Assembly: GCA_963832745.1 (NCBI GenBank)
Contig: CAWHVC010000002.1
Coordinates: 224,001-288,000 of the forward strand
Origin: Candidatus Bathyarchaeota archaeon
Lineage (GTDB): Archaea > Thermoproteota > Bathyarchaeia > Bathyarchaeales > Bathycorpusculaceae
Length of the DNA stretch: 64,000 bases
Direction: 5' to 3'
Shown here: piece by piece, positions 1 to 9,667 of the stretch
Numbering within the stretch: the first letter of the stretch is position 1
How the letters are laid out: every line of letters begins with the position of its first letter
Translations under genes and position numbers: made by a program
Notes under the pieces: generated by a model
Seen by the model: the letters and a program-made list of their open reading frames with translations, nothing else
Told to the model about the DNA's origin: nothing
The model's database searches: none

Positions 1-485
1 TCAAAAATTGCAACTGCCGCGTTAATGTTGCCTTCTTTATCGTATAGGGGTGTTGCACTGACATTAACAGTTAAATGTTTCTTATCTGTTAAGCGTTCAA
101 TTACTATTGGGAGATTAAGGATTGTTTCACCGTAAAATAAAGCACGATAAGTGTATAATTCCTTGGTTGGGTAAATGTTACTATTTAACTCAAAAATTTT
201 GAGGTCTTTTGCATGCTCATAAAATTCAAGCCCACATGGGTTAACGCCATGTAATTCAACAGTGCGCTGATTAACAAAAACGATTTTTCCCCGCGGTTTT
301 ACAATTACAATTACTGCGGATGGAATATTTTCTAAAATCGCTTCAAGCATATCCCTATTTAGGGAACGGTACTGGCAGGTGTCTGCTGTTTTAGGTAGTT
401 TTTTAGAGAAATTGTTTTTACCTGCATTATTTGAAGCTGCTTTAGACTTGTTTGTTTTGGTAGAGTAACCAGATAACTCCACCAT
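1..485 (-). CDS. PAS/PAC-domain sensor protein, probably a histidine kinase (runs off the left window edge)
   Basis: Hand translation from ATG at 485, with GGAGG upstream: ...MLEAILENIPSAVIVIVKPRGKIVFVNQRTVELHG...VNVSATPLYDKEGNINAAVAIF, a typical PAS/PAC pattern. Not in the ORF track because it is truncated. Confidence 0.75.
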   Translation of the reverse strand, partial: MVELSGYSTKTNKSKAASNNAGKNNFSKKLPKTADTCQYRSLNRDMLEAILENIPSAVIVIVKPRGKIVFVNQRTVELHGVNPCGLEFYEHAKDLKIFELNSNIYPTKELYTYRALFYGETILNLPIVIERLTDKKHLTVNVSATPLYDKEGNINAAVAIF

Positions 486-778
486 AAAACGATTCCTCCG
501 CTAAAAATTATAGAATCTTTCAATTAAAGAAACATTGTAGTGGTGAATTAAGTTTTTGTTTATGTTAACCTGTTATCTTAGCGAAAAGTTTTTGAAATTT
601 GGTTTAAGAAAATTTTAAGCAGAACCCTTTTTCTTTCGTTAACGGGTCTTCATTTTTTAGCCTGTTGAGTATACTTTTGCTTATGCCGTCTTGCAGCATT
701 TGTGGGTATTCATGTCTTTTGGGGCTTGATTAAAACGGTAAGGTTATAATGGAGAATTTTAACTAACGTTGTAACTGA

Positions 779-851
779 AGCCCAGTGGTGTAGTGGTCAA
801 GCATAGGGGCCTCTGGAGCCCTTGACAAGAGTTCGAATCTCTTCTGGGCTA
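779..851 (+). tRNA. tRNA-Gln(CUG), no intron, CCA not encoded
   Basis: Acceptor stem AGCCCAG/CTGGGCT, D arm GTGTAGTGGTCAAGCAT, anticodon arm GGGGC-CTCTGGA-GCCCT, T loop GTTCGAATC; TATA-like TTATAA about 30 nt upstream. Confidence 0.95.
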
Positions 852-924
852 CTTCTATTCTGGAAATTTTTTCAAGTCTATACTAAAAAGTTATTAAACA
901 TAGCATTATTTCTGAATCGTTACT

Positions 925-1806
925 ATGTCTCGTAACCCAACAGTTTTCAATGCCCATCAATCATCAACCTCAAAATACTTCAGCATAATATTCGTGCTAA
1001 TAATTGCAGTACCCATAAGCATCATATTATACTTGACACTTGAAGGGCCATTGATTTTTTCAGCCATCATGTCGGCTGTACTCATAGGACTTCTTGTTTT
1101 GTTGGCTTACCTTGCATTAGCAGGAGGTACCGCACGCTATGAAGTTTCATCAAAAGCGTTACGGGTCAATTTTGGGTTAATCAAAAAAACCATTCCTTAC
1201 AAAAGAATCATCAAAGCCGAAGTCGTGGACATGAATATTACTTTGCGGTTGTTTGGCGCTAGCCTTCCCGGGGTACATTTAGGCTTATTTAGAACAAGCA
1301 TTGGCAACGTGCATCTTTATGCCACCAAAATTTCAGGCAGTTTTGTCGTGCTAACTCTTGCTGATGGAGAAAAATATGCGCTTTCTCCTGAGGAGCCTCA
1401 TGGTTTGCTTGAAGCAATAGAGCAAAATCGTTCATTTTTCGGCGTGCAGGAGCCTGCAGAGATAGCTCAGAAAGAAAAGTCTCTTTCACGGCTTGTTTAC
1501 CTGCAGGTTACAGCTGTAACTGTAATGTACATTGCTTACTTGGCTTATTTTATTTGGGTTTATGTCTCATTGCCCCAGATTGTGCCGCTGCATTATGGTT
1601 TTAATGGTGTGCCAAACCGTTTTGGCGACAAGTCCGAACTGCTGTGGATAGCAGGCATTGCCGGGGTATTTCCAGTAATTAACGCTGTCTTATCTCTCAA
1701 ATTTGGCAAGCACGAACGCGGCTTTGTTATCATGCTTGGCGCCATATTCATAGCGGTCATAGCAACGTTTTTTGCTATAACTTATTACACTGTCGGCTTA
1801 ATCTAA
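925..1806 (+). CDS. Membrane protein, bacterial PH domain plus DUF1648-like domain
   Basis: Two N-terminal TMs, PH-like RLFGASLPGVHLGLF...YALSPEEP, then SLPQIVPLHYGFNGVPNRFG and three TMs. Confidence 0.75.
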   Translation: MSRNPTVFNAHQSSTSKYFSIIFVLIIAVPISIILYLTLEGPLIFSAIMSAVLIGLLVLLAYLALAGGTARYEVSSKALRVNFGLIKKTIPYKRIIKAEVVDMNITLRLFGASLPGVHLGLFRTSIGNVHLYATKISGSFVVLTLADGEKYALSPEEPHGLLEAIEQNRSFFGVQEPAEIAQKEKSLSRLVYLQVTAVTVMYIAYLAYFIWVYVSLPQIVPLHYGFNGVPNRFGDKSELLWIAGIAGVFPVINAVLSLKFGKHERGFVIMLGAIFIAVIATFFAITYYTVGLI

Positions 1807-1895
1807 AGCAAACCTTTGCCTCCAAGGTCTTTGTCACTATATCAACAAAAACTAATAATTCCCTGACAAACCAATTACCCTAAGGTAATAAACAG

Positions 1896-2768
1896 TTGAA
1901 CGGGAACGTAATTGTTCTACCTGACGGACGCAACCTCGGCTACATCAAAATCGGTGAAGGTACTCCAGTCATTTATTTTCATGGAACCGCCAGCAGCCGC
2001 CTTGAAGTTTTATTGCTAAAACGCCTGGCGGAAACTGCTCAACTGCAACTTATCGGTGTTGATCGCCCCGGTTACGGCTTATCAACCTATAAATCCCGAA
2101 AAAATCTCCAAGACTTCAATGTTGACCTCAACTATTTGGCTGATTCCTTGGGTTTGGAACGGTTTGCGGTTTTGGGGTGGTCAGGTGGAGGCGTTTTTGC
2201 CCTCGCATACTGTGCCTATAATCCTATGCATGTAACTAAAGCCGTTCTGGTTGGTGCGCCGTCATTGCCTTTTGACGTTTCCACTGCCCACAACATGCCC
2301 TTGGCACGTTATATCATGAAGCTTCCATACGTCGGCGAATTAGCCATGCGCCAGTTAAGCCGGCAACTGCTTAAAACTAACGGCGACACAGCAGCGTTTC
2401 TGGCGACACGACAAGGAAAACAGTTACTGCATGGGTGCTCAGAGGGCGACTTGAACTTTTTTAATAATTCGCAATGGCTTAGCAAGATGTATGAGTCAAT
2501 GGCAGAGGCTTTTCATCAAGGTAACTTGGGCGTAAAAACTGTAGTTGAGGAGCACCAACTTTTCATTAAGCCTTGGAATTTTCCTTTTTCAACACTTGAT
2601 GGCGGCAACGTATGGATTTGGCATGGGGCGCAAGATTTGACTTGTCGTGTCAGCAACGCTTATGCCAACGCAAAAGTTATCCCAAAATCTAACATCGAAG
2701 TTTTTGCTAACTCTGGACATTATGTAATGTTTGAGCAACTCGACAAGCTTGCTAATGTTCTCTCCTGA
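1896..2768 (+). CDS. Alpha/beta hydrolase
   Basis: FHGT, DRPGYG, GWSGG nucleophile elbow, WHGAQD, C-terminal GH. Confidence 0.9.
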   Translation: MNGNVIVLPDGRNLGYIKIGEGTPVIYFHGTASSRLEVLLLKRLAETAQLQLIGVDRPGYGLSTYKSRKNLQDFNVDLNYLADSLGLERFAVLGWSGGGVFALAYCAYNPMHVTKAVLVGAPSLPFDVSTAHNMPLARYIMKLPYVGELAMRQLSRQLLKTNGDTAAFLATRQGKQLLHGCSEGDLNFFNNSQWLSKMYESMAEAFHQGNLGVKTVVEEHQLFIKPWNFPFSTLDGGNVWIWHGAQDLTCRVSNAYANAKVIPKSNIEVFANSGHYVMFEQLDKLANVLS

Positions 2769-4047
2769 CTCCTCTATCGTTGCTTAGTATTCGTACACAG
2801 TTTAACGCTGACAATGCTGATGTTTCCATACTTGAAGTTGCTGATTCAATAGCGTTAACATAAAACAGCCCCTTATCCAGTTGAGTTGGCGGCAACTTCG
2901 AAATTGGCTTGAACTTGGGGTAGGCTGCTTTCCAAGTGTGTTCCAAAACTGGGGTGGCTTGGCTTTTGAAGACTTCACGGAATAGGTTGTCGGGTAATGG
3001 TTCTGTTGAAGTTAAGGTGACTATTGATTCTTCATTTTCAGTTTTTTGGATGCTGCAGTGCATTATTGGGTCAGCCTCTTTTGTTGTTAAAACAATTGCT
3101 GGTCTCTCGGAGGCAGTGTCTAAGCCAAAATAGGCTGGGTCAAAAATTCCCCGCATAACCTTGGTAAACACGGGCTGGTACTGTTGAGGCTTCCAATTGG
3201 AAACGATGATGCCTTCTAATTCTATGCCTGCTAACTCCAAGGGAGCTGCAATGATTACATTGTCAAAAACATCCGTTTCCTTTCCCGTGGATACTTTGTA
3301 GGCGCCTTTGGCTGTTTTTTCTATGCTTGTCACTTTCTGGTCCTGCTTAAACACGACGTTTGAAGCCTCAACTAAATGAACTGGAAAAGCGTTGTTGCCT
3401 TCGGTGAAACGATAAATTGGGTAGCCATAAACGCCAATTAATGAACTTAGACCTGCAAATCCGCCTAAATCCGCGTTTTGACTGTAAATTGTTCTTGTTA
3501 TTGGGGTTGCTATCTCGTTTATGAATGCTTGGCTTATTCCAGCTTCGGTTAGAAGGGCATTGTATGATTTTTGGTAATACTCTTTAAGGCCTGTGGATTC
3601 AAAGAGACTGTCTATGTCGATTGGGTGTTGCTGCTCTTGCACGTAAAATTCGGATAGTTGTTTTTTGGCCTTGTTTAAGAGGCGTAACAGGTTAAGAACG
3701 CTTGTTCGGTATCTAGAAAAAATCTTTAACTCATTAAGCAACCCGTTTCTGTTTGACCTAAAAACGGTTTTGGAGCCATCCCAAACCATAAAATCCCCAT
3801 ATTCATCTACCTGCTGAAAATTCAGCTTTAGGTCATTTACCAACTCAAGAATTGTCGTGTTAGCGCCATTGAAAAATGCGGCGCCCAGCTCCAAGTTTGT
3901 GCCGTAGGTTTTTTGGGTTAGGATTCTGCCGCCTATCCGTTGTTGCATGTCATAGAGGGTTACTTTTGTGTCTGGTAAGTATTTGTGGGCAAAATAAGCC
4001 GCTGAGCATCCTGCGATGCCTGCTCCTACGATTGCTATTTTGGTCAT
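2752..4047 (-). CDS. FAD-dependent oxidoreductase, prenylcysteine oxidase/lyase-like
   Basis: GAGIAG FAD motif, RIGGR, ELGAAFF, C-terminal YVNAIESATSSMETSALSALN. Confidence 0.75.
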   Translation of the reverse strand: MTKIAIVGAGIAGCSAAYFAHKYLPDTKVTLYDMQQRIGGRILTQKTYGTNLELGAAFFNGANTTILELVNDLKLNFQQVDEYGDFMVWDGSKTVFRSNRNGLLNELKIFSRYRTSVLNLLRLLNKAKKQLSEFYVQEQQHPIDIDSLFESTGLKEYYQKSYNALLTEAGISQAFINEIATPITRTIYSQNADLGGFAGLSSLIGVYGYPIYRFTEGNNAFPVHLVEASNVVFKQDQKVTSIEKTAKGAYKVSTGKETDVFDNVIIAAPLELAGIELEGIIVSNWKPQQYQPVFTKVMRGIFDPAYFGLDTASERPAIVLTTKEADPIMHCSIQKTENEESIVTLTSTEPLPDNLFREVFKSQATPVLEHTWKAAYPKFKPISKLPPTQLDKGLFYVNAIESATSSMETSALSALNCVRILSNDRGVRREH

Positions 4048-4170
4048 TCTGGGTCAAAGAAACGTTTAGGGTCGAGCAAAATAAATGTGCTTGGTTTGAA
4101 AGGTTTTTAGTTAACGGTTTGGCGTAGTTTTTATATATCATTTTATCAAATAGAACCAGAGTGAAAAGTT

Positions 4171-4287
4171 ATGGCTGATTTGAAAGGTTGCCCGTTTGGT
4201 CAAGACATAAAAAATGACTGTAAAAACTGTGATTACGGCAATACAAACCATTTTGACGCTGCATCCGGGCAATGCGTTAAACGCTGA
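4171..4287 (+). CDS. Small 38-aa Cys-rich protein
   Basis: MADLKGCPFGQDIKNDCKNCDYGNTNHFDAASGQCVKR; GAGTGA RBS-like element upstream, T-rich tract downstream. Confidence 0.55.
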   Translation: MADLKGCPFGQDIKNDCKNCDYGNTNHFDAASGQCVKR

Positions 4288-4315
4288 CTTTTCTTGCATT
4301 ACACAGTTTATTCTG

Positions 4316-4600
4316 TTAGCGTGATTGCTTCTTAGAATTTTTGAAATGTATGTTGCCTGTTAGAGTGACTGCGTTTAGTTTTCGTGCTGTCGCTAAAATG
4401 TAAGCGTCGGCTAACCCGAAATCTTTTAGTGTTTTTCGCATTTCGCAGTCTCGTTTGGAAAGAAAGCTCTTCATCGGTATTGATTATTGATGAATTACTT
4501 GTAATAATGTCGTATGCAAGTTCTACGTTCATGCCTTTGCTTGTAATTTCTGCAATAGTTAAGGCTGAAATGAAAATTTCCTGCCTTTCTTCAAGTAAAC
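4316..4600 (-). pseudogene. VapC/PIN-domain toxin remnant (5'-truncated, frameshifted)
   Basis: One frame gives EIFISALTIAEI...IINTDEELS; after a shift near 4450 a second frame gives KDFGLADAYILATARKLNAVTLTGNIHFK, the PIN C-terminal motif. Confidence 0.75.
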
Positions 4601-4637
4601 CCGCTTTGTTTTGTGAAAAACTTTCAAAACAAAACTT

Positions 4638-6095
4638 CTACTTCAAAGGTAGCTCTATGGTGAAGGTTGTGCCTTTACCGTTCTGGGTTCTGTACGTGAC
4701 TTCTCCATCTTGCGATTCAATCAAACGTTTTACAACTGCTAAACCAAAACCTTGCCCCTTAGATTTAGTGGTGAAAAGCGGCGTGAAAAGTTTGTCTTGT
4801 GCTTCTTGAGGGATACCTTCACCTGTGTCTTGAATGCTGATTTGTGCGTTGCCTTTTCTGGTTTGTGCATTAATTTTTAAGGTTCCACCGTTTGGCATGG
4901 CTTGAACCGCGTTTTGGATAAGATTGATTAATGCACGTTTAAGCATTGGAAAGTCAGTTTTGAATTCTGGGAAATCTTTTTCGATTGTTATGTTAACGCT
5001 GAGTTTGCTTGGGATGTTTACAATTAGCAAAGCTTCTTCGATTGCTTTTTCGACTTTGACAGGTTCCTTGTTGGGTTTTAATGGTTTAGTGTAATCCTGC
5101 AAGTCAGCCACAATCTTGTCAATATAATACAGGTTCTCTTCAATGCTTGTTATGTTCTCACGCAGGTTCGTTTTAGACTGACAATCCGGCAACGCATCAA
5201 GGTCACTCTTAGCTAAGTACAGTTCTCCCACAATTGCTTGCAGTGGGTTTCGGATATCATGTCCAACCATACCGGCGGTTTGTCCAATAGCTGCTAATCG
5301 TTCTGCTTGGCTGAGTTGTTTTGCCCGCGTTTCTGCAAGTGCCTCCATTCGGTCGGCGTATTCTTCAAGTTTTGTCTGGAACCTTTTTCGTTCAGTTGTT
5401 TCTACAAGCGAAAAAACTAAGCCTTCAACTTCTCCTTGAGCGTTTTTAACTGGTTGAAGCGTCCAATCCCAGTAGGTTGTTCCTCTTTCTTGTTGGTCAG
5501 GAAAAATGAATGGTTTATCTTTAAAACTAGCTGGTACGCCTGTGTCTCTTACTTTGAGGAAAATTGCTTCATTTTCTTCGTTTGGGTATAAATCAAAATG
5601 GTTTTTTCCAATCATTTCTTGGGGTTCATACCCGCAGGTTTCTGCGTAGGTTTGGTTGACCTGTACAAAATTGAAGTCGCGGTCCAAATATATTAGGTGA
5701 AAGTTTGAGCAATCCATTACTGTTTGAAGCAGGTTTTTTTCTTTTTCAAGTTCCTGTTCTGTGCGTTTTAAATCATTAATTGGTGTAAAGTACACTCGGA
5801 TTTTTTCTGAGTTTGGCACCAAAAAGAATTGTGTAATAAACCAGTCGGAGCCGATTTGGGTTTCTTTGTGTATACTTGTTACGGTTTTGTCTGTTAGTGT
5901 CTTTACTGTTTGATTCCACTCGGGGAATAAGAGTTGAATTTTGCGTTTTTTTTCTAAATCTGGAAAAACCGTTTTTGATGCTCTATTTGAAAATTGTATG
6001 TTGCCTTCAAAGTTTGCTTCTATTATAGGGTTAGGGTTAAGCATGGGAAATGAAACAGACGTCGAATTCACGTTGCCGTTAGAAGATATGTCCAT
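4638..6095 (-). CDS. PAS-domain sensor histidine kinase
   Basis: Two PAS domains, H-box GHDIRNPL, N-box NLIQNAVQAM, DTGEGI, F-box LFTPLFTTK, GQGFGL. Confidence 0.95.
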   Translation of the reverse strand: MDISSNGNVNSTSVSFPMLNPNPIIEANFEGNIQFSNRASKTVFPDLEKKRKIQLLFPEWNQTVKTLTDKTVTSIHKETQIGSDWFITQFFLVPNSEKIRVYFTPINDLKRTEQELEKEKNLLQTVMDCSNFHLIYLDRDFNFVQVNQTYAETCGYEPQEMIGKNHFDLYPNEENEAIFLKVRDTGVPASFKDKPFIFPDQQERGTTYWDWTLQPVKNAQGEVEGLVFSLVETTERKRFQTKLEEYADRMEALAETRAKQLSQAERLAAIGQTAGMVGHDIRNPLQAIVGELYLAKSDLDALPDCQSKTNLRENITSIEENLYYIDKIVADLQDYTKPLKPNKEPVKVEKAIEEALLIVNIPSKLSVNITIEKDFPEFKTDFPMLKRALINLIQNAVQAMPNGGTLKINAQTRKGNAQISIQDTGEGIPQEAQDKLFTPLFTTKSKGQGFGLAVVKRLIESQDGEVTYRTQNGKGTTFTIELPLK

Positions 6096-6220
6096 GAAAG
6101 CTGGGGCCTCTAAAATTCAACTTTAATACATTCGCTAAGATAAATATAAGAATTATCTGCGAAAACCATATTTGTTTATTTACTAATTTAGTGCAGTAAA
6201 ATTAGTTTTTTTTAAGTTGC

Positions 6221-6960
6221 TTATATATTGTTTTTCCAGAAAAGGTAAACTTTGGTTTGTGCACAGAAGCTTAACTTTTTCAGCACCTCAGCAAGCATCG
6301 TCTCATCTAATTGACTAATTTTATCCACAAATTCTTCATGTTTTGGATAAACATTTTTCAAATTAGCCAACCTTCTGCGGATTATTGCGTCGTGCTTTGA
6401 TAGTTCAACAAGAACGTTTTTGACGTTTTCTTGACCGACGACTTGAATTTTTTGTTCTGTCAAACCTGCCGCTGAAAGCAAAGTAGTATCAAAACCTAAC
6501 TTTTCAAGTTGTCTAAACGCTTGGACAACATGCGGGTTCTGCTTACTCTCTGCCACTTGTGTCATGCCTGCTTTTTCAAAAAACGGGTTATACTTCGCCA
6601 TAACCGCAACCGCCTCAACACAGGGCGTTCCAGCTTGAGACAGGGTTTCTTTGACAATTTTTTCTCCTAAACCGATGCTGCGGTATTTTGGGTGAACAAT
6701 AACACGGCTAATCAGGCTAACTTCCTCTTGGAGCTGTTTGATGTTGCCTTTCCAAACATTGCTTCTGCCAAACGTCACCGGCGAAGGGTAGCTGTAAACG
6801 CTGGCTGCACAGAGCTCGCCTTTTCGTTTGAGGATGAAGATTTTTCTTGGCGGCGGCAGGCGGTTTGTGCGATAATGGAACTGGCTCAAGGCTTTGTAGT
6901 CTTTGATTGTGCCTTGTTGGATGAACATTTGCCGTACAAGCGTGCAGGCTGCGGCCTTGG
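6221..6960 (-). CDS. GNAT-like acetyltransferase domain, probably a 5'-truncated remnant
   Basis: LSQFHYR, ISRVIVHPKYRSIGLG acetyl-CoA motif, AVMAKYNPFFEKAGM. The true start is unclear because the ORF-track 5' end overlaps the upstream gene. Confidence 0.65.
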
Positions 6961-6998
6961 CTTTAACTGCTTGATTTCCCGTTGGAGCTGCGACATCG

Positions 6999-7325
6999 TC
7001 ATTCTTTAGCAAGGCCATCAACAGTTTTCCGTAACGTATCAAGTTCATCCTTGATCTGCGAAACATCCTACGTCTTGCCGATACTGTTGATAACTTGGCT
7101 CAGGTAAGCGGTAATGCGTATCCAGTTTTGTTGTTCAACAGACTTTTTCCCTCTGACCGATTGGACTTGGGAAACTGCTATTTCTTGAAGTGCTTTGAGT
7201 TCCATTATTAATTGGGCGCGGACTCGCTGGCTGTCACCATCAAATTTTTCCGCTAAATTAGAAATTATGCGCTGCAGAAAACGTTTGGGCGCTCGTTTTG
7301 ACCTACCTCCTATAGGTTTCTGCAT
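6999..7325 (-). pseudogene. Hypothetical helical protein (mobile-element type) interrupted by an in-frame TAG at 7068-7070
   Basis: MQKPIGGR...YLSQVINSIGKT*DVSQIKDELDTLRKTVDGLAKE*; the amphipathic helix continues past the TAG. Confidence 0.55.
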
Positions 7326-7360
7326 ACTATTTCTATTAGGATCCAAATAGATTCGTCTCC

Positions 7361-7630
7361 TCACTCGCTCTTCTGAGAAATCAGAATCCCCGTAATCGTT
7401 CCCGCCAAGCCTGTAATTGCCGCGAAAACCTCGCTGTTCCATGTGCCAAGCAGGGCTAAATGGGCAATCTCGATAGCCGTAAAACAGGCTGTTAGGGCAA
7501 TCGCAAATTTGGTGCCTAAAACTAAGCGGCCGCTAGGCGCAACTTCCTCAACAGGAGCCTCAGCGTTTTCCTGCAACTGCGTCTTGTTGGTTATTCGCCG
7601 TGTCAAGGCGCGTTTTACCCAGTCAGTCAA
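7361..7630 (-). CDS. Small two-TM membrane protein
   Basis: Two hydrophobic helices; ATGA-type overlap with the upstream gene. Confidence 0.65.
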   Translation of the reverse strand: MTDWVKRALTRRITNKTQLQENAEAPVEEVAPSGRLVLGTKFAIALTACFTAIEIAHLALLGTWNSEVFAAITGLAGTITGILISQKSE

Positions 7631-8025
7631 TGGTTACGCACCCTCTGCTGGCGCCGGCAACGCCCAAAACTTGCGCCGTCATTTTTGGCTTTAGCGTTTA
7701 CCGTGAAGCTTTTCAGCAACACCTGAGCTTCCTCGGAGCCAACATGATTTTTCTGGATTATGCTGGCGCTGGTTGTCCATGGCAAAGGCACGGCAGTGTA
7801 GTCGATGTCGTATAAGCCGTCGCTGTAACGGAAACAGTTCTGGGCAAGAATGAGATGTTTGCGTTTTTGTCCAAGTTGCCCAATGAAGATGCCCCAGCTT
7901 TTAACGGGAACGTCTATGCCGTTGACGCCGTTGGATAAGCTTTTGCCGATGCTGGCGTCGCACCATTCAACGCAGATTAAATCGCCGGTTGTTAAGGTGT
8001 TTATTTGGTTTATGATTTCTTTCAT
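7627..8025 (-). CDS. Hypothetical protein (mobile-element type)
   Basis: 132 aa, GDLICVEWCDAS...VKSWGIFIG; first gene of a tightly coupled cassette. Confidence 0.65.
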   Translation of the reverse strand: MKEIINQINTLTTGDLICVEWCDASIGKSLSNGVNGIDVPVKSWGIFIGQLGQKRKHLILAQNCFRYSDGLYDIDYTAVPLPWTTSASIIQKNHVGSEEAQVLLKSFTVNAKAKNDGASFGRCRRQQRVRNH

Positions 8026-8345
8026 TTTTTATCTACCGTTCTGTGGATTTGGCGTTTGTTAATTAAAACTTAAGGAACAAGATTGTGATATTTATGCAAT
8101 TTTCAGCTTAAAAATGCATTATTTGCAAATTATTTTATAAAAAGTCAGATTTTTAAAACCATAAAAAATGTTGCACAAAAAGATGAAATTATGTAGCCCT
8201 CACTTAACATTGTATTACTGAGCTATTTTTAGGCATTAAATTCAACCTAAACAGGATGGTTGAATTGTGCGAAACTGTTTTTCACAGGCACACCTATAAA
8301 AGAGGGCAAAGCAACATGCTAAATGCAACAACTTGGGAAATTAGA

Positions 8346-8675
8346 ATGACTGAACAATCAAACGAGAAAAACCAACAAGTCCCAGAAAAACTAGAAATTG
8401 ATGACCCAGAAAATTTTCAGTTCCACGCAGCCTACTCTGTATATGCTGAAGCCTTTGACAAAACCTCAGACGGCGAAACAAAAGGCGAATTAAATCAGTT
8501 GATTTTGGACCTTAAAGAAAACAAAATGAACTACGAAACCTTCTACCGCGACGTAGCGCCTTTCAGAAAAATTGATGTACCCCGTCAAGAACGCTTCACC
8601 ATGCAGACTCAGCGTAAACGCGATTGGCGTAAGAAGACTCAGCGTCAAGACAGAATTAAGCGTCACAAGAAGTAA
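8346..8675 (+). CDS. Hypothetical protein with basic C-terminus
   Basis: Coding-like composition from MTEQSNEK; Arg/Lys-rich tail. Confidence 0.7.
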   Translation: MTEQSNEKNQQVPEKLEIDDPENFQFHAAYSVYAEAFDKTSDGETKGELNQLILDLKENKMNYETFYRDVAPFRKIDVPRQERFTMQTQRKRDWRKKTQRQDRIKRHKK

Positions 8676-8781
8676 GCGTTCAAAGGCTTAGTGTGGTTGC
8701 TTTCAAATTCAAGATTTATGCTTTTCCTATTTTATATTAGGCTCCCTGCTTTTCGACGTTTTTGCTGCCTGAATTTGTAAC

Positions 8782-8801
8782 TGTTTAAACATGTTTAAAC
8801 A
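8782..8801. promoter_or_regulatory. Perfect 20-bp palindrome upstream of the CoA operon (candidate operator)
   Basis: TGTTTAAACATGTTTAAACA just upstream of the BRE/TATA-like AAAGGCAAGTTTTATC. Confidence 0.45.
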
Positions 8802-8881
8802 ATTCAAAGGCAAGTTTTATCTACAAAGTCCACGTCACAACAGCATTAAACACCAGAAAAAAACATAAAACGTGGTAACTG

Positions 8882-9667
8882 TTGAATACTAGACTTAAAA
8901 CCCAAGACATCGCTGTAATAGCTATCTGTTCAGCACTTTACGCAGTATTTGGAATTTTAACTGGCGGCCTAACCTTTTTCGGAATAGGTTTTCTTCCTGC
9001 AGTTGTTATCCCCGCAGTTTTTGCTGCACTTTACGGTCCATGGGTTGGCGGCATAAGCGGTGCAATAGGCATTTTCATTCGAGACATGGTTGTCCACGGA
9101 AACCCCGCCTTAAGCCTCGCCGCTGGCGTTCCACCAAACTTCATATTATTCTTCATGATTGGCTACTTATACTCCAAAAACATCAGCTTAAAACAGGCTC
9201 TTGCAGGCGTAACAATAGCTGCTGTCGGGTTACTGGTTCCTTCATTAGTGTTCCTTCCAGATATGGCAGCTTATGGGGGGGAGAGTTTTACAAATGAAGC
9301 CTTCTTACTTACCTTTATGTTAACCATAATTGCCAGTTTAGTTATTATCACATTGATTTCTATTCGCTATACCGAATGGAGAAGCTACGCTATTGGCGCC
9401 GTGGTTGGTCAAATCGCAGGTGGACTTTTACTTTCTGTAATAATATGGCTAGTCAGTCCCTTGTTTCTGCAAACTCTTGGGCTTAGTGAACCTTTAGGTG
9501 CTGCTTTGATTTTGCCAATTTTTATTTGGACAATAGCAACAGAAATCCCGTTCATTCTCTTAGCTGGACCGCCAATAATTAAAACAGTACAAAAAGCCTT
9601 TCCAGCACTAAAATATAGGAATAAACCACAAGGAAAAGGCGGAATTGTTGCAAAAGAAAGTCGTTAA
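8882..9667 (+). CDS. ECF transporter S component, probably for pantothenate/pantoate
   Basis: IAVIAICSALYA, PAVVIPAVFAALYGPWVGGISGAIG; multiple TMs; overlaps the pantoate kinase gene. Confidence 0.75.
   Translation: MNTRLKTQDIAVIAICSALYAVFGILTGGLTFFGIGFLPAVVIPAVFAALYGPWVGGISGAIGIFIRDMVVHGNPALSLAAGVPPNFILFFMIGYLYSKNISLKQALAGVTIAAVGLLVPSLVFLPDMAAYGGESFTNEAFLLTFMLTIIASLVIITLISIRYTEWRSYAIGAVVGQIAGGLLLSVIIWLVSPLFLQTLGLSEPLGAALILPIFIWTIATEIPFILLAGPPIIKTVQKAFPALKYRNKPQGKGGIVAKESR

Noticed and set aside
779-851. tRNA-Gln as the integration site of the island
   Set aside because: No duplicate of its 3' end and no integrase were noticed in the window.
4332-4640. TAG readthrough extending the histidine kinase by ~100 codons
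   Set aside because: The kinase ends at its normal FTIELP terminus; the downstream frame is the VapC remnant.
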